DNA from: Alphaproteobacteria bacterium
GTDB taxonomy: Bacteria; Pseudomonadota; Alphaproteobacteria; UBA828
DNA length: 64,000 nucleotides
Direction of reading: 5' to 3'
Assembly (NCBI GenBank): GCA_963667785.2
Contig: CAXXMU010000001.1
Coordinates: forward strand, 288,001 to 352,000
The stretch's first letter is position 1. Each line of letters starts with the position of its first letter. Of the stretch, positions 53,552 to 61,697 are shown piece after piece. Position numbers and translations under genes: made by a program. Below the pieces are notes generated by a model. The model saw nothing but the letters and a program-made list of their open reading frames with translations, was not told where the DNA came from and searched no databases.

Positions 53552-54532
53552 CTAGACGATCCAGGCGGCCACATAGCCGGCCGCGCAGGCGCCGACCACC
53601 GCGATTGCCACATAGAGCACGAAAACCCGGATGCGGACGATCGAGGCGACCGCCACCGCGACGTAGAGGCTCACCGCGGCGCCGGAGATCATCAGCGCAA
53701 GGGCGGCGCCGAAGCTCATCCCCTTCTCCATCAGCCCGCGCACCAGGGGCAGGGCCGCGTAGCCGTCCAGGTACATCGGCGCGCCGACGATCGCGGCCAG
53801 CGGAATGGAGGCGCCCGCGTCGTCGCTGAAGAGCGAGGCCACCCACGTGTCGGGCACGAAGCGTTGCAGGAACACCTCGAGGACGAGCGCCAGGACCAGC
53901 CAGCGCAGAACCAGCCGGACGCTGCCCCAGACCTCCGGCCAGAAGCGGGCGCGTCGGACGTCGCAGCCGTACTGCTCCAGCAGGCCGGGGCGCATCAGGT
54001 GGTGAGCGGCGCCCCGATGGCCGGGCAGGGCCCAGGTGAGCGCGCCGGCGAACAAGCCGATCCCGAACGCGGCGACCGTCTTCGCGACGGCGAACGGGAC
54101 CCCGATGATGCCGGCGGTGATGACCAGCATGCTCGGGTCGGTGATTGGAGATGCGACCCAGAACGCCATGATGGGCGGGAGCGGCAGGCCGCGGCGCAGG
54201 AGGGTCGCAATGAGGGGAAGCACGCCGAGACCGCAGACCGGGGTGACTGTCCCGACGAAGCTCGCGATCACCACCGCGCGGGCCGGGCTGCCCGAGAGCC
54301 AGGCGAGCGCTCGGTCGGACCAGTTGCCGAGGGTCAGGGCACCGGCGAGAACGGCGGCGATCGCGACCACCGGCAACAGCGCGAGCAGATCCCAGCCCAG
54401 CGCGATCAGCATCCCGGTATCGGCTTCGGGCAGCAGCGAGCCCACGACGAGCAGGGACGCGGTTACGAGCCACGTCAGCGCCTCCGCGCTCGGGCGCTGG
54501 AATCGAAACGAGCGGACCGCGGTGAGTTTCAT
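53552..54532 (-). CDS. ArsP/DUF318 family permease
   Basis: Multi-TM protein with GTVTPVCGLGVLP, MAFWVASP and GAPMYLDGYAALP; coupled to arsR by an ATGA overlap. Confidence 0.82.
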   Translation of the reverse strand: MKLTAVRSFRFQRPSAEALTWLVTASLLVVGSLLPEADTGMLIALGWDLLALLPVVAIAAVLAGALTLGNWSDRALAWLSGSPARAVVIASFVGTVTPVCGLGVLPLIATLLRRGLPLPPIMAFWVASPITDPSMLVITAGIIGVPFAVAKTVAAFGIGLFAGALTWALPGHRGAAHHLMRPGLLEQYGCDVRRARFWPEVWGSVRLVLRWLVLALVLEVFLQRFVPDTWVASLFSDDAGASIPLAAIVGAPMYLDGYAALPLVRGLMEKGMSFGAALALMISGAAVSLYVAVAVASIVRIRVFVLYVAIAVVGACAAGYVAAWIV

Positions 54533-54912
54533 GGCGCCGGGTCCCCGAGAGCCGCCCGCGCGGCACGGGCCCTGGACGACGGCCGGGCATCGGCGCAGCA
54601 CTCCTCGAGCAGGAAGGCCGCGAGGGCCTCGAGGCGCGGGTAGGCGGCGCGGCTGATCACGGTGCGGCCGCGCCGCTCCTGCTCGACCAGTCCGCCCGCG
54701 GTGAGGAACCCGAGGTGGTGGGCAAGGGTGGAGGCCGGCAACCCGGAGCGGTCCTGGATCTCGCCGACCGAGAGCCCTTCGTCGCCGGCGCGCACGAGCA
54801 GGCGCAGCACCGTGAGCCTCGGTTCGGAGCCGCACGCGGCGAACGCCTGCGCTGCTTCTTCGAGTGCCGGGGCGGGCGCCGGAGGCGACGGATGGCGATA
54901 TTTGAAATCCAT
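54529..54912 (-). CDS. ArsR/SmtB family regulator with C-terminal CC pair
   Basis: RLTVLRLLVRAG..GLSVGEIQ...LPASTLAHHL...GLV.QERRGR and FLLEECC. Confidence 0.9.
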   Translation of the reverse strand: MDFKYRHPSPPAPAPALEEAAQAFAACGSEPRLTVLRLLVRAGDEGLSVGEIQDRSGLPASTLAHHLGFLTAGGLVEQERRGRTVISRAAYPRLEALAAFLLEECCADARPSSRARAARAALGDPAP

Positions 54913-54948
54913 AGAACTAGATATATAGTTATATAGCTCTGCCGTCAA
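54913..54948 (-). promoter_or_regulatory. AT-rich arsR promoter/operator, probably leaderless
   Basis: Minus strand TTGACG-N17-TATATC, then 7 nt to the ATG, with no SD. Imperfect inverted repeat ATCCA-tagaac-TAGAT spans the start codon. Confidence 0.55.
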
Positions 54949-55107
54949 CTGCCGGTGCACGGCGAACCGTGCGCGCTACGATTCACGCCGATGAGGAGCA
55001 CATTGAATGTGGATTCCGTCGGGTGGTCGTCGATCGAGCGCTCGACCCCTCTGCGCTGTCGCGCGCCTCCGTTACTCGTGCCACCTGCTTTCGTGCTCGC
55101 GCCTCTT

Positions 55108-55196
55108 CATGCGCCGCGCTCGCGACCTTTCAGGCGCGAGCGACCATGTACCGCGCTCGTGACTTTGCAGGCACGACCGACTCAGGCGCGAGTGAC
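55108..55196. repeat. 37-bp imperfect tandem repeat of hairpin-forming units (2 full + 1 partial)
   Basis: CATGCGCCGCGCTCGCGACCTTTCAGGCGCGAGCGAC, then CATGTACCGCGCTCGTGACTTTGCAGGCACGACCGAC, then TCAGGCGCGAGTGAC. Confidence 0.7.
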
Positions 55197-55328
55197 CCCG
55201 GACCATGGTGCGGTGCACGGCACGCGGTGCCGGTGACATGCTCGCGCCATGCAGCGCGTGAGAGAACGGGGCGGGGCAGACGGGGCGACGGGGCAGCCGC
55301 CCGGCGCCATCTCGCGGTCTCGGGATTC

Positions 55329-55445
55329 ATCCCGGATAACCCGCCCGATATCCCAGCGGAATCCCACCTTCTTCGGAGAATGTCCCGCGCGGAATCCCTT
55401 GCCATCCCGGCGAATCCCGGCAAAGGGGGGGCACTGCCGAATCCC
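55329..55445. repeat. Helically phased ATCCC (minus strand GGGAT) array
   Basis: ATCCC at 55329, 55350, 55361, 55394, 55404, 55414 and 55441; GTCCC at 55382. Confidence 0.7.
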
Positions 55446-55509
55446 ACTTTCGCCCCGCGTCCGGGTCCGGCGCGAGCACCCCGCCGCGGCCGCCGTTCGA
55501 CACCCCGCC

Positions 55510-55545
55510 GTGCCGCTTCGTGCCGCTTTGTGCCGGCTTGTGCCG
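55510..55545. repeat. Four GTGCCG boxes at exact 10-bp period
   Basis: GTGCCGcttc-GTGCCGcttt-GTGCCGgctt-GTGCCG. Confidence 0.85.
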
Positions 55546-55634
55546 CCCAAAACTAATTCGCGGGGTGTGTCACTTTGCGCCCCCGCCGCCCGGCCGCGCG
55601 TCGCGTCGGCCATGACCCTGGTGAGATGCGCGGG

Positions 55635-56135
55635 CTAGCGCTTCAGGCCGGCGAGGTCCCAGCCCACCTGGTTGTACATGTCCGGCGCATTCCAGAGCCC
55701 GCGCAGGTACTTGATCCTGCCCTGCTCGACGAAGCAGATCTGGGAGAACTGGCAGTCGAAGCGGCGCCCGGTGCCGGGCAGGCCGAAATAGTCCTTGGTG
55801 ATGGTGCCGCTCATCCAGCCCATGTCGCACACGACATCGCCCTGGACGCAGAACGCTTCGATGTAGAGCGAGAGGTCCGGCACCGCATCCAGCCAGCCGC
55901 CGCCGAATTCGCGGATCGCGGCGTGGCCCACAGCCGGCGGCAGGGTGATGTCGTGATAGACCCCGTCGTCCGCCATGACGGCGACGACCTCGTCGATGTC
56001 CTGGCGCGACCAGCCCCGGCACTGGCGCCAGAGGAGCGCCAGATTGTCCCGCTCGGCCTCGCTCAGGTCGCCAAAACTCTCGATCGGCTCGTCCAGCAGG
56101 TTTCGGTCGCTCATCAACCAGTCGCGCGTGTCCAT
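55635..56135 (-). CDS. NTF2/SnoaL-like domain protein
   Basis: W...DID.V...MADDGVYHD, G..AIR, AVPDL, GLPGTGRRF and GRI; AAGGGAG RBS. Confidence 0.8.
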   Translation of the reverse strand: MDTRDWLMSDRNLLDEPIESFGDLSEAERDNLALLWRQCRGWSRQDIDEVVAVMADDGVYHDITLPPAVGHAAIREFGGGWLDAVPDLSLYIEAFCVQGDVVCDMGWMSGTITKDYFGLPGTGRRFDCQFSQICFVEQGRIKYLRGLWNAPDMYNQVGWDLAGLKR

Positions 56136-56189
56136 GCGTCACTCCCTTATCCGCCCCGCCGTGCGGCCCGCCGGCCGGAGCGCGCCTTA

Positions 56190-56461
56190 CTAGCCCGTAT
56201 TTCTTACCACGGTCGCGGCCTGCGTCGCGTCCAGGCGTTCGATCCGCTAGGAGCGGGCCGAAAAGCGTATCAGGGAATACGGTTGAGGTCCGCGACGCCG
56301 CGGGCGGGCGCCTGGGCGCGACCCGAAGGGCGGCGCCCTCCGGCCGACAGGGTTCGTCAAGCCGCTTGCCCGATGTCCCCGCATCGCGCTGCGCGCCTTT
56401 CCTGCCCTGTCGGCCGGACAGCGCCGCGCAGACCAAGACCGTGGTAAGAAATGCGGGCCAG
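56190..56461. repeat. 35-bp imperfect inverted repeats flanking about 200 bp, with an internal perfect 14-bp inverted repeat
   Basis: Left arm CTAGCCCGTATTTCTTACCACGGTCGCGGCCTGCG (56190-56224); reverse complement of right arm CTGGCCCGCATTTCTTACCACGGTCTTGGTCTGCG (56427-56461). Inner pair TCCGGCCGACAGGG (56339-56352) and CCCTGTCGGCCGGA (56405-56418). Confidence 0.85.
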
Positions 56462-56564
56462 ACACGATATTCCGGGTCCCTGCACGGCGAATCGCCGCAT
56501 TGTACCGGGGGGTTGTCCGAAATAGGCTTGAGGCCGTGGTGCAGCGCCACAGGGAGGACGTCAC

Positions 56565-57443
56565 ATGATTACAATGAGAACCCGTGTGCTCCGACTATGC
56601 GCGGCCGCCGCGCTCGCCGGTGCGGCCTTCGGCGGCGTGCCGGCGGCGCAGGCGGAGGACGGCAACTGGTACATCGGGGCCACCATGCCCCTCATGTTCA
56701 TCGACGATTCAAAGGCGATCTCCGAGGGGAGCTTCACGCTGCCCGATCCAAGAACCGGGCAACCGGCGACGACCGACTATCGCGCGCAGGTCGAGACCTC
56801 GCACGACACGGGCTTCAAGCTGGGCGGCATGCTCGGCTACGAGTTCGGCGACGGCCTGCGCGTGGAGGGCGAGCTCTTCTTCGCCAGGGCCGACGTCAGC
56901 ACGCTGACTCACAGCAGCATCACGGTGCCCGCGCTCTCCCTCACCCTCCAGGACGAGGTCGCCATTCCCGTGACGGGCTCGGGCGAGCAGCTCGGCGCCA
57001 TGGTGAACGTCTGGTACGACATCGAGACCGACGACGCCTGGACCCCCTTCATCGGCGGCGGGCTGGGCCTGATCCGGATCGACCAGAGCGACCTGAAGTA
57101 CGACACCGGCGCGGTGGCCGGCGCGGTGGCGACGCACCTGAAGCTGCTCGGGGCCCAGCAGGCGGCCCTGGCGATGGGCCTGCCGCCGCCACAAGAGGTG
57201 GACCCGGTCCAGCTTCCGCCGGGGCTCGTGCCGTCGATCTCCTCGGCCGACACGGCGCTCGCCTGGCAGATCGGCATGGGCGTCGGCTACGCGCTGTCGG
57301 ATACCGCGACGCTCCAGTTCGGCTACCGCCTGCAGGCCCTCAACGGCCTGAACTTCAGGGGCAGCAACGCCATGGCGTCGGTGAACGCCGAGACCGACCT
57401 GCGGATCCACTTCCTCGAGATCGGCATCCGCCAGCGCTTCTGA
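56565..57443 (+). CDS. Outer-membrane beta-barrel protein (opacity/OmpA-like transmembrane family)
   Basis: Signal peptide ending AQA, GNWYIG, GYEFGDGLRVEGE, MVNVWYD, WTPFIGGGLG, AWQIGMGVGY and C-terminal GIRQRF. Confidence 0.88.
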   Translation: MITMRTRVLRLCAAAALAGAAFGGVPAAQAEDGNWYIGATMPLMFIDDSKAISEGSFTLPDPRTGQPATTDYRAQVETSHDTGFKLGGMLGYEFGDGLRVEGELFFARADVSTLTHSSITVPALSLTLQDEVAIPVTGSGEQLGAMVNVWYDIETDDAWTPFIGGGLGLIRIDQSDLKYDTGAVAGAVATHLKLLGAQQAALAMGLPPPQEVDPVQLPPGLVPSISSADTALAWQIGMGVGYALSDTATLQFGYRLQALNGLNFRGSNAMASVNAETDLRIHFLEIGIRQRF

Positions 57444-57497
57444 GGCGCCGCCGTCCGCCGGCGCGCGCCTTCCGCGCCGCGCCGTCACGGCTCGGGA

Positions 57498-58790
57498 CTA
57501 CGGCTCGGGATAGGCGTCGAAGGCGATGCCGATGCGCTCGCCCGGCCCCTCGAAGGGCAGGGTGCCGTGGAAGACGTACGACGGGAAGAGCAGCGCCGTG
57601 CCGGCACGCGGCGGGTGGCTGACGCAGCGGACCTCGCTGCCCTCGGGCAGGGCGTGGTCGGGCCGGCCGAACTCGAGCCAGCCGCTCCGGTCGCTGTCGT
57701 CGTTGGCGTCGCCGCTGCCGTCTCCGCCGACCTGTGCCGGCACCGCCACGTAGCAGACCCCGCTCAGCCACGCGCCCTCGTGGATGTGCGGCGGGTGCCG
57801 GCCGCCTTCCTTCAGGATCGAGGCGATGAGCGTGAGCCGGTAGCGGCGGGGGATGCGGGCGAGGAAGGGGCTCTCCGGCTCGGGCCAGAGCGTCTCCCGC
57901 CAGGCGTCGATGGCGGCACGCAGCGCGCGCTCCAGGTCGCGGACGGGCGCGCTCGGCGCGGCCAGCAGGTCCTGGGTCACCGCCCCGTTGCGGGTGACGC
58001 GGTTGGGCGGCTCCCAGACGAGGGAGGGCGCCTCGCGCACCGCCCGCGCCAGCGCCTCGTTGAAGGCCGCGCCGTCGCCATAGCCGGGCGGCGGGGCGAG
58101 CGAGACCCGGGTGACGAAGCGCTCGAAGTCGTAGAGGCGCAGCCCTGCCTCCCGATCGCCGCCGACCTGCTCGGCGAGCGCCCGGGTCGCCAGCGCGTTC
58201 TGGCAGAAGGGATCGAGGGCGAGCGCCGCGGCGCAGGCCTCCAGCGCACCCGCCACCGCGCCGAGGGCTAGGCGGGTCCGCGCCAGCCGGTAATGCGCCT
58301 GCAGGGCGCCTGCATCGAGGGCGATGGCGCGCAGATAGGCCGCCTCCGCCTCCGCCCAGGCGCCCGCCGCGCTCATGGCGTTGCCGAGATTGGTGTGGGC
58401 GTTGGCGTAGTCGGGCCGGAGCGAGACGGCGCGTTCCAGCGCGCCGCGGGCCTCGGCGGTGCGCCCGGTCTCGAGCAGGAGGAGGCCCAGGCTGTTGTGC
58501 GCCTCGGCGTATTCTGGCGCCGCCTCGGTCGCCTGGCGCAGCAGCACCGCCGCGTCCTCGAAGCGGCTGCAGCGATAGCGGGCGACGCCGGCATAGTGCA
58601 GCACGCTCGGATCGCCCGCGCCCTCGCCCGCCAGCAGCCGGGAGAGGAGCTGGTCCGCCCGCTGCGGCCTTCCCTCCTGCATGTGCCGCACCGCGCGGGC
58701 GAGCACGTCGGCCCGCCCGTCCTCCCGGCCCTTGCGCTTCGCGGTGCCGGCGCTGGCGGCCGAGTGCCGTCGTCTCGCTTGCCGGTTCAT
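57498..58790 (-). CDS. TPR-repeat protein with C-terminal putative 2OG-Fe(II) oxygenase domain
   Basis: TPRs (PEYAEAHNSLG, PDYANAHTNLG), then HPPHIH..AWLSGVCYV, LFPSYVFHGT.PF and RIGIAFD. Confidence 0.85.
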   Translation of the reverse strand: MNRQARRRHSAASAGTAKRKGREDGRADVLARAVRHMQEGRPQRADQLLSRLLAGEGAGDPSVLHYAGVARYRCSRFEDAAVLLRQATEAAPEYAEAHNSLGLLLLETGRTAEARGALERAVSLRPDYANAHTNLGNAMSAAGAWAEAEAAYLRAIALDAGALQAHYRLARTRLALGAVAGALEACAAALALDPFCQNALATRALAEQVGGDREAGLRLYDFERFVTRVSLAPPPGYGDGAAFNEALARAVREAPSLVWEPPNRVTRNGAVTQDLLAAPSAPVRDLERALRAAIDAWRETLWPEPESPFLARIPRRYRLTLIASILKEGGRHPPHIHEGAWLSGVCYVAVPAQVGGDGSGDANDDSDRSGWLEFGRPDHALPEGSEVRCVSHPPRAGTALLFPSYVFHGTLPFEGPGERIGIAFDAYPEP

Positions 58791-58896
58791 CCTGCCCGCC
58801 GCCGTCCCGTCCGGGCGACTGCGCGCCCCTCCGTCCGGCGCGGCGTCGCGGCCGCTGCGCCGGCCCCTGGGTCCTGCCCGTTTCGCCCGGCGGCGC

Positions 58897-59028
58897 TCAG
58901 CGGGCCGTCAGGCCCACGTTGATGAGCGGCGTTTCCAGGGCGGAGCCGAGAATGATCATCAGGGCCAGGAAGACCCAGAACACGTTGTCGGCGCAGAGCC
59001 GGAGGATGCGCTTCATCTGTGGGTTCAT
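58897..59028 (-). CDS. Putative 43-aa single-TM small protein
   Basis: MNPQMKRILRLCADNVFWVFLALMIILGSALETPLINVGLTAR; GGGGAG RBS 8 nt upstream; GC-rich third codon positions. Confidence 0.5.
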   Translation of the reverse strand: MNPQMKRILRLCADNVFWVFLALMIILGSALETPLINVGLTAR

Positions 59029-59148
59029 CGCCGCCGCTCCCCTGTCGCCGCCGGTGCCGGCAGGAGCCATGATTCCAAGTGCAGGGGCGGAACGCAACCG
59101 CCCGTCGCGATACTCCCGGGCAGGCCCAACCTAACAAATGACCGACAG

Positions 59149-59177
59149 TTGACACCGCTGCCGCGCGCGGGGAATAT
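59149..59177 (+). promoter_or_regulatory. Putative sigma70 promoter of the ABC operon
   Basis: Consensus TTGACA, then N17, then GAATAT. Confidence 0.4.
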
Positions 59178-59282
59178 CGCCGGCACGAATGCATAGGTTT
59201 GCCTTATCGTCGTGACGGCGGCGGCTTCCGCGTCGCCCGTCGCGGGTGAGGGCATCGGGAGAAACCAACGGAGGTCACTAAC

Positions 59283-60626
59283 ATGCGTGTCAACCGGCGT
59301 ACCATCCTCAAGGGCGCTCTCGCGGGGACGGCCGGCATCGCCGCCACGTTCCCCCACATCTACGTCAAGGACTTCGGCCAGGCCTGGGGCGCGAAGCCCT
59401 GGATCTACAACGACGAGCCGATCAAGGTCGGCATGCTGTGGTCGCAGACCGGCAACCTCTCGGTCGTCGAGAACGATTCCACCCAGGTCTCGCTCTACGC
59501 GGTCGACGAGATCAACGCGGCGGGCGGCATCGCCGGCAAGATGGTCGAGCCGGTGGTGGTCGACGCCAAGTCCGACATCAAGGTCTACTCGGAGAAGATC
59601 ACGCAGCTCATTCTCCGCGACCGCGTGGTCTCGGTGCACGGCAGCTACACCTCGGCGAGCCGGCGTGCGGTCATGCCGATCGTGATGAAGTGGGACCACC
59701 TCTACTACTACCCGACCTGCTACGAGGGCCGGGAGTGCATGCAGAACATCATCAACACCGGGCCGCTGGCCAACCAGCATTCCTTCGACCTGGTGCCGTT
59801 CATGGTGCAGAATTTCGGCCCCAAGACCTACCTGGTCGGCTCCAACTACATCTGGCCGAAAGAGTCCAACAAGAACGTCAAGGTCTGGCTGGAGCGGGCC
59901 GGCGGCGAGGTGCTGGGCGAGGACTACATCCCCCTCGGCGGTTCCGAGTTCGCGCCGGTCTTCAACAAGATCCGCCAGCAGCAGCCGGACTGGATCATGT
60001 CCACTGTCGTGGGCGATTCCGACATCGCCCTGCACCGGCAGTTCCTGCAGGAAGGCTTCAAGTCCGACAAGACGCCGATCGCATCGCTTACCACCGGTGA
60101 GATCGAGACCCGCGCCATGGGCAACGAGGCCGGCGCCGGTCACTTCCTGTCCGCGCCCTACTTCCAGACGCTGCAGAACCCGACCAACGAGAAGTTCGTT
60201 GAGGGCTATCTCTCGAGCCAGTATGGCGGCGGCGGCGTCACCCACTACAACATGGAAGAGACCTACCTCGGCATCTACGTGTGGAAGAAGGGTGTCGAGC
60301 GCGCTCTCGAGGAGACCGGCGGCGACTGGGAAGCCATCACGCCGCGCATGATCCGCGACGTCAGCGGCAACTGGCGCGACCAGGGCCCGGTGGGGCTCAC
60401 CGACGAGGAGAGCCCGGAGGGCAAGGTCTGGATCGATCCGGACAACTTCAACATCTGGCTCAAGCCCAAGATCGGCCAGTGCGGTGCGGACGGGCAGTTC
60501 ACCATCGTGCGCCAGGCCGACGACCACGTCGGGCCGGATCCCTTCGCGATCTATCCCGAGCGCGGCGTCTGCAAGGCCGACGGGCTGCACCGGCCCGACG
60601 GCTCGATCCAGAAGGACGTTCTGTAA
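59283..60626 (+). CDS. UrtA/AmiC-family substrate-binding protein with Tat signal
   Basis: NRRTILK, IKVGMLWSQTG, GSYTSASRR, YYPTCYEG and GSNYIWP.ESN; GGAGG RBS. Confidence 0.92.
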   Translation: MRVNRRTILKGALAGTAGIAATFPHIYVKDFGQAWGAKPWIYNDEPIKVGMLWSQTGNLSVVENDSTQVSLYAVDEINAAGGIAGKMVEPVVVDAKSDIKVYSEKITQLILRDRVVSVHGSYTSASRRAVMPIVMKWDHLYYYPTCYEGRECMQNIINTGPLANQHSFDLVPFMVQNFGPKTYLVGSNYIWPKESNKNVKVWLERAGGEVLGEDYIPLGGSEFAPVFNKIRQQQPDWIMSTVVGDSDIALHRQFLQEGFKSDKTPIASLTTGEIETRAMGNEAGAGHFLSAPYFQTLQNPTNEKFVEGYLSSQYGGGGVTHYNMEETYLGIYVWKKGVERALEETGGDWEAITPRMIRDVSGNWRDQGPVGLTDEESPEGKVWIDPDNFNIWLKPKIGQCGADGQFTIVRQADDHVGPDPFAIYPERGVCKADGLHRPDGSIQKDVL

Positions 60627-60650
60627 GGGGCCTGTTCGATCTGGTAGTGT

Positions 60651-60678
60651 CGGGGCGGAGGGCACATCCTCCGCCCCG
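60651..60678 (+). terminator. GC-rich intercistronic hairpin after the binding-protein gene (mRNA stabiliser or attenuator)
   Basis: CGGGGCGGAGG-gcacat-CCTCCGCCCCG 11-bp perfect stem; no U-tract, so not a classical intrinsic terminator. Confidence 0.45.
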
Positions 60679-60778
60679 CCGCTCCCCGGCGGGGGCGGCG
60701 GCCGGCTGACCTTTCGGGCACGCACCCGCGGGGCAGCGCCGGCAGGGCCGTGAGAGGGAGAGAGGCGGGACTCAGTTC

Positions 60779-61681
60779 ATGAGCGTCCACGATTTCTGGA
60801 CACCCTTCGCCGCTGAACCGTTCATTAATGCGCTGATCATCGGCCTCAGCCTGGCCAGCATCTGGCTGGTCGCGGCGCTGGGGCTCACCATCATCTACGG
60901 CACCATGGGCGTCATCAACATGGCCCATGGCGAGTTCATCATGCTGGGCGCCTACTTCACGTGGATCCTGCAGTATTTCGGCGGGTTCCCCTGGCTGCTC
61001 TGCCTGCCCGTCTCCTTCATCCTCGTCGGCTTCATCGGCTGGCTGGTCGAACGCGGGCTCATACGACACTTGTACGACCGACCATTGGACACGCTCCTCG
61101 CGACATGGGGCGTCTCCTTGGTCTTCATCCAGAGCATCCGGCTGATCTTCGGCGGCGAGCCGCAATACGTCGAGGTGCCCGACTGGCTGACCAGCGTGAT
61201 GACGATCGACTTCGTCCACGTGCCGTGGCTGAGGATCTTCATCTTCTTCGCGGCGCTGGCGCTGGTGGCCATGACCTGGGCGATCCTGTTCAAGACCAAT
61301 ATCGGCATCCAGGTTCGCGCGGTGATGCAGAACCCGCAGATGGCGGCGTCCTTCGGCATCAATTCGAGCCGGGTCTACGGCCTCACCTTCGCCTACGGGG
61401 CGGGCCTCGCGGGCATCTCCGGCTCCATGTTCGCGGGCCTCAAGACGATCTTTCCGGACATGGGGCTGGGCTACGTGGTCGAGGCCTTCCTCGTGGTGGT
61501 GACGGGCGGCGGCGAGCTCTTCGGCAGCCTGGCGACCGCCGGCATCATGGGCGAGATGTTCTCGATCTTCTCCTACTTCACCAACGACACGTTCGCCCGC
61601 TTCGTGCTGTTCATCCTGATCGTGATCTTCCTCAGGTTCCGGCCGCAGGGCATCTTCGCGCCCAGCATGGCGCGGCGCTAG
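60779..61681 (+). CDS. Urea/amide ABC permease UrtB-like
   Basis: GLTIIYGTMGVINMAHGEF and LYDRPLDTLLATWG. Confidence 0.92.
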   Translation: MSVHDFWTPFAAEPFINALIIGLSLASIWLVAALGLTIIYGTMGVINMAHGEFIMLGAYFTWILQYFGGFPWLLCLPVSFILVGFIGWLVERGLIRHLYDRPLDTLLATWGVSLVFIQSIRLIFGGEPQYVEVPDWLTSVMTIDFVHVPWLRIFIFFAALALVAMTWAILFKTNIGIQVRAVMQNPQMAASFGINSSRVYGLTFAYGAGLAGISGSMFAGLKTIFPDMGLGYVVEAFLVVVTGGGELFGSLATAGIMGEMFSIFSYFTNDTFARFVLFILIVIFLRFRPQGIFAPSMARR

Positions 61682-61697
61682 GAGCGGGGCGCACGTC

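Noticed and set aside
55108-55545. Possible CRISPR array
   Set aside because: The repeats are adjacent or too short, there are no unique 30-40-nt spacers, and no cas genes are present.
54955-55638. ORFs called in the gap (54969..55556, 55130..55447, 55182..55613, 55249..55638)
   Set aside because: They have no recognisable motifs, atypical codon usage and mutual overlap, so the region is treated as non-coding.
56270-56310. AGGGAATACGGTTGAGGTCCGC resembling the start of a cobalamin riboswitch
   Set aside because: I could not find the CCCGCAACTGT, GCCACTG or B12-box elements, and the downstream gene is not a TonB-dependent receptor. An Rfam scan would settle it.
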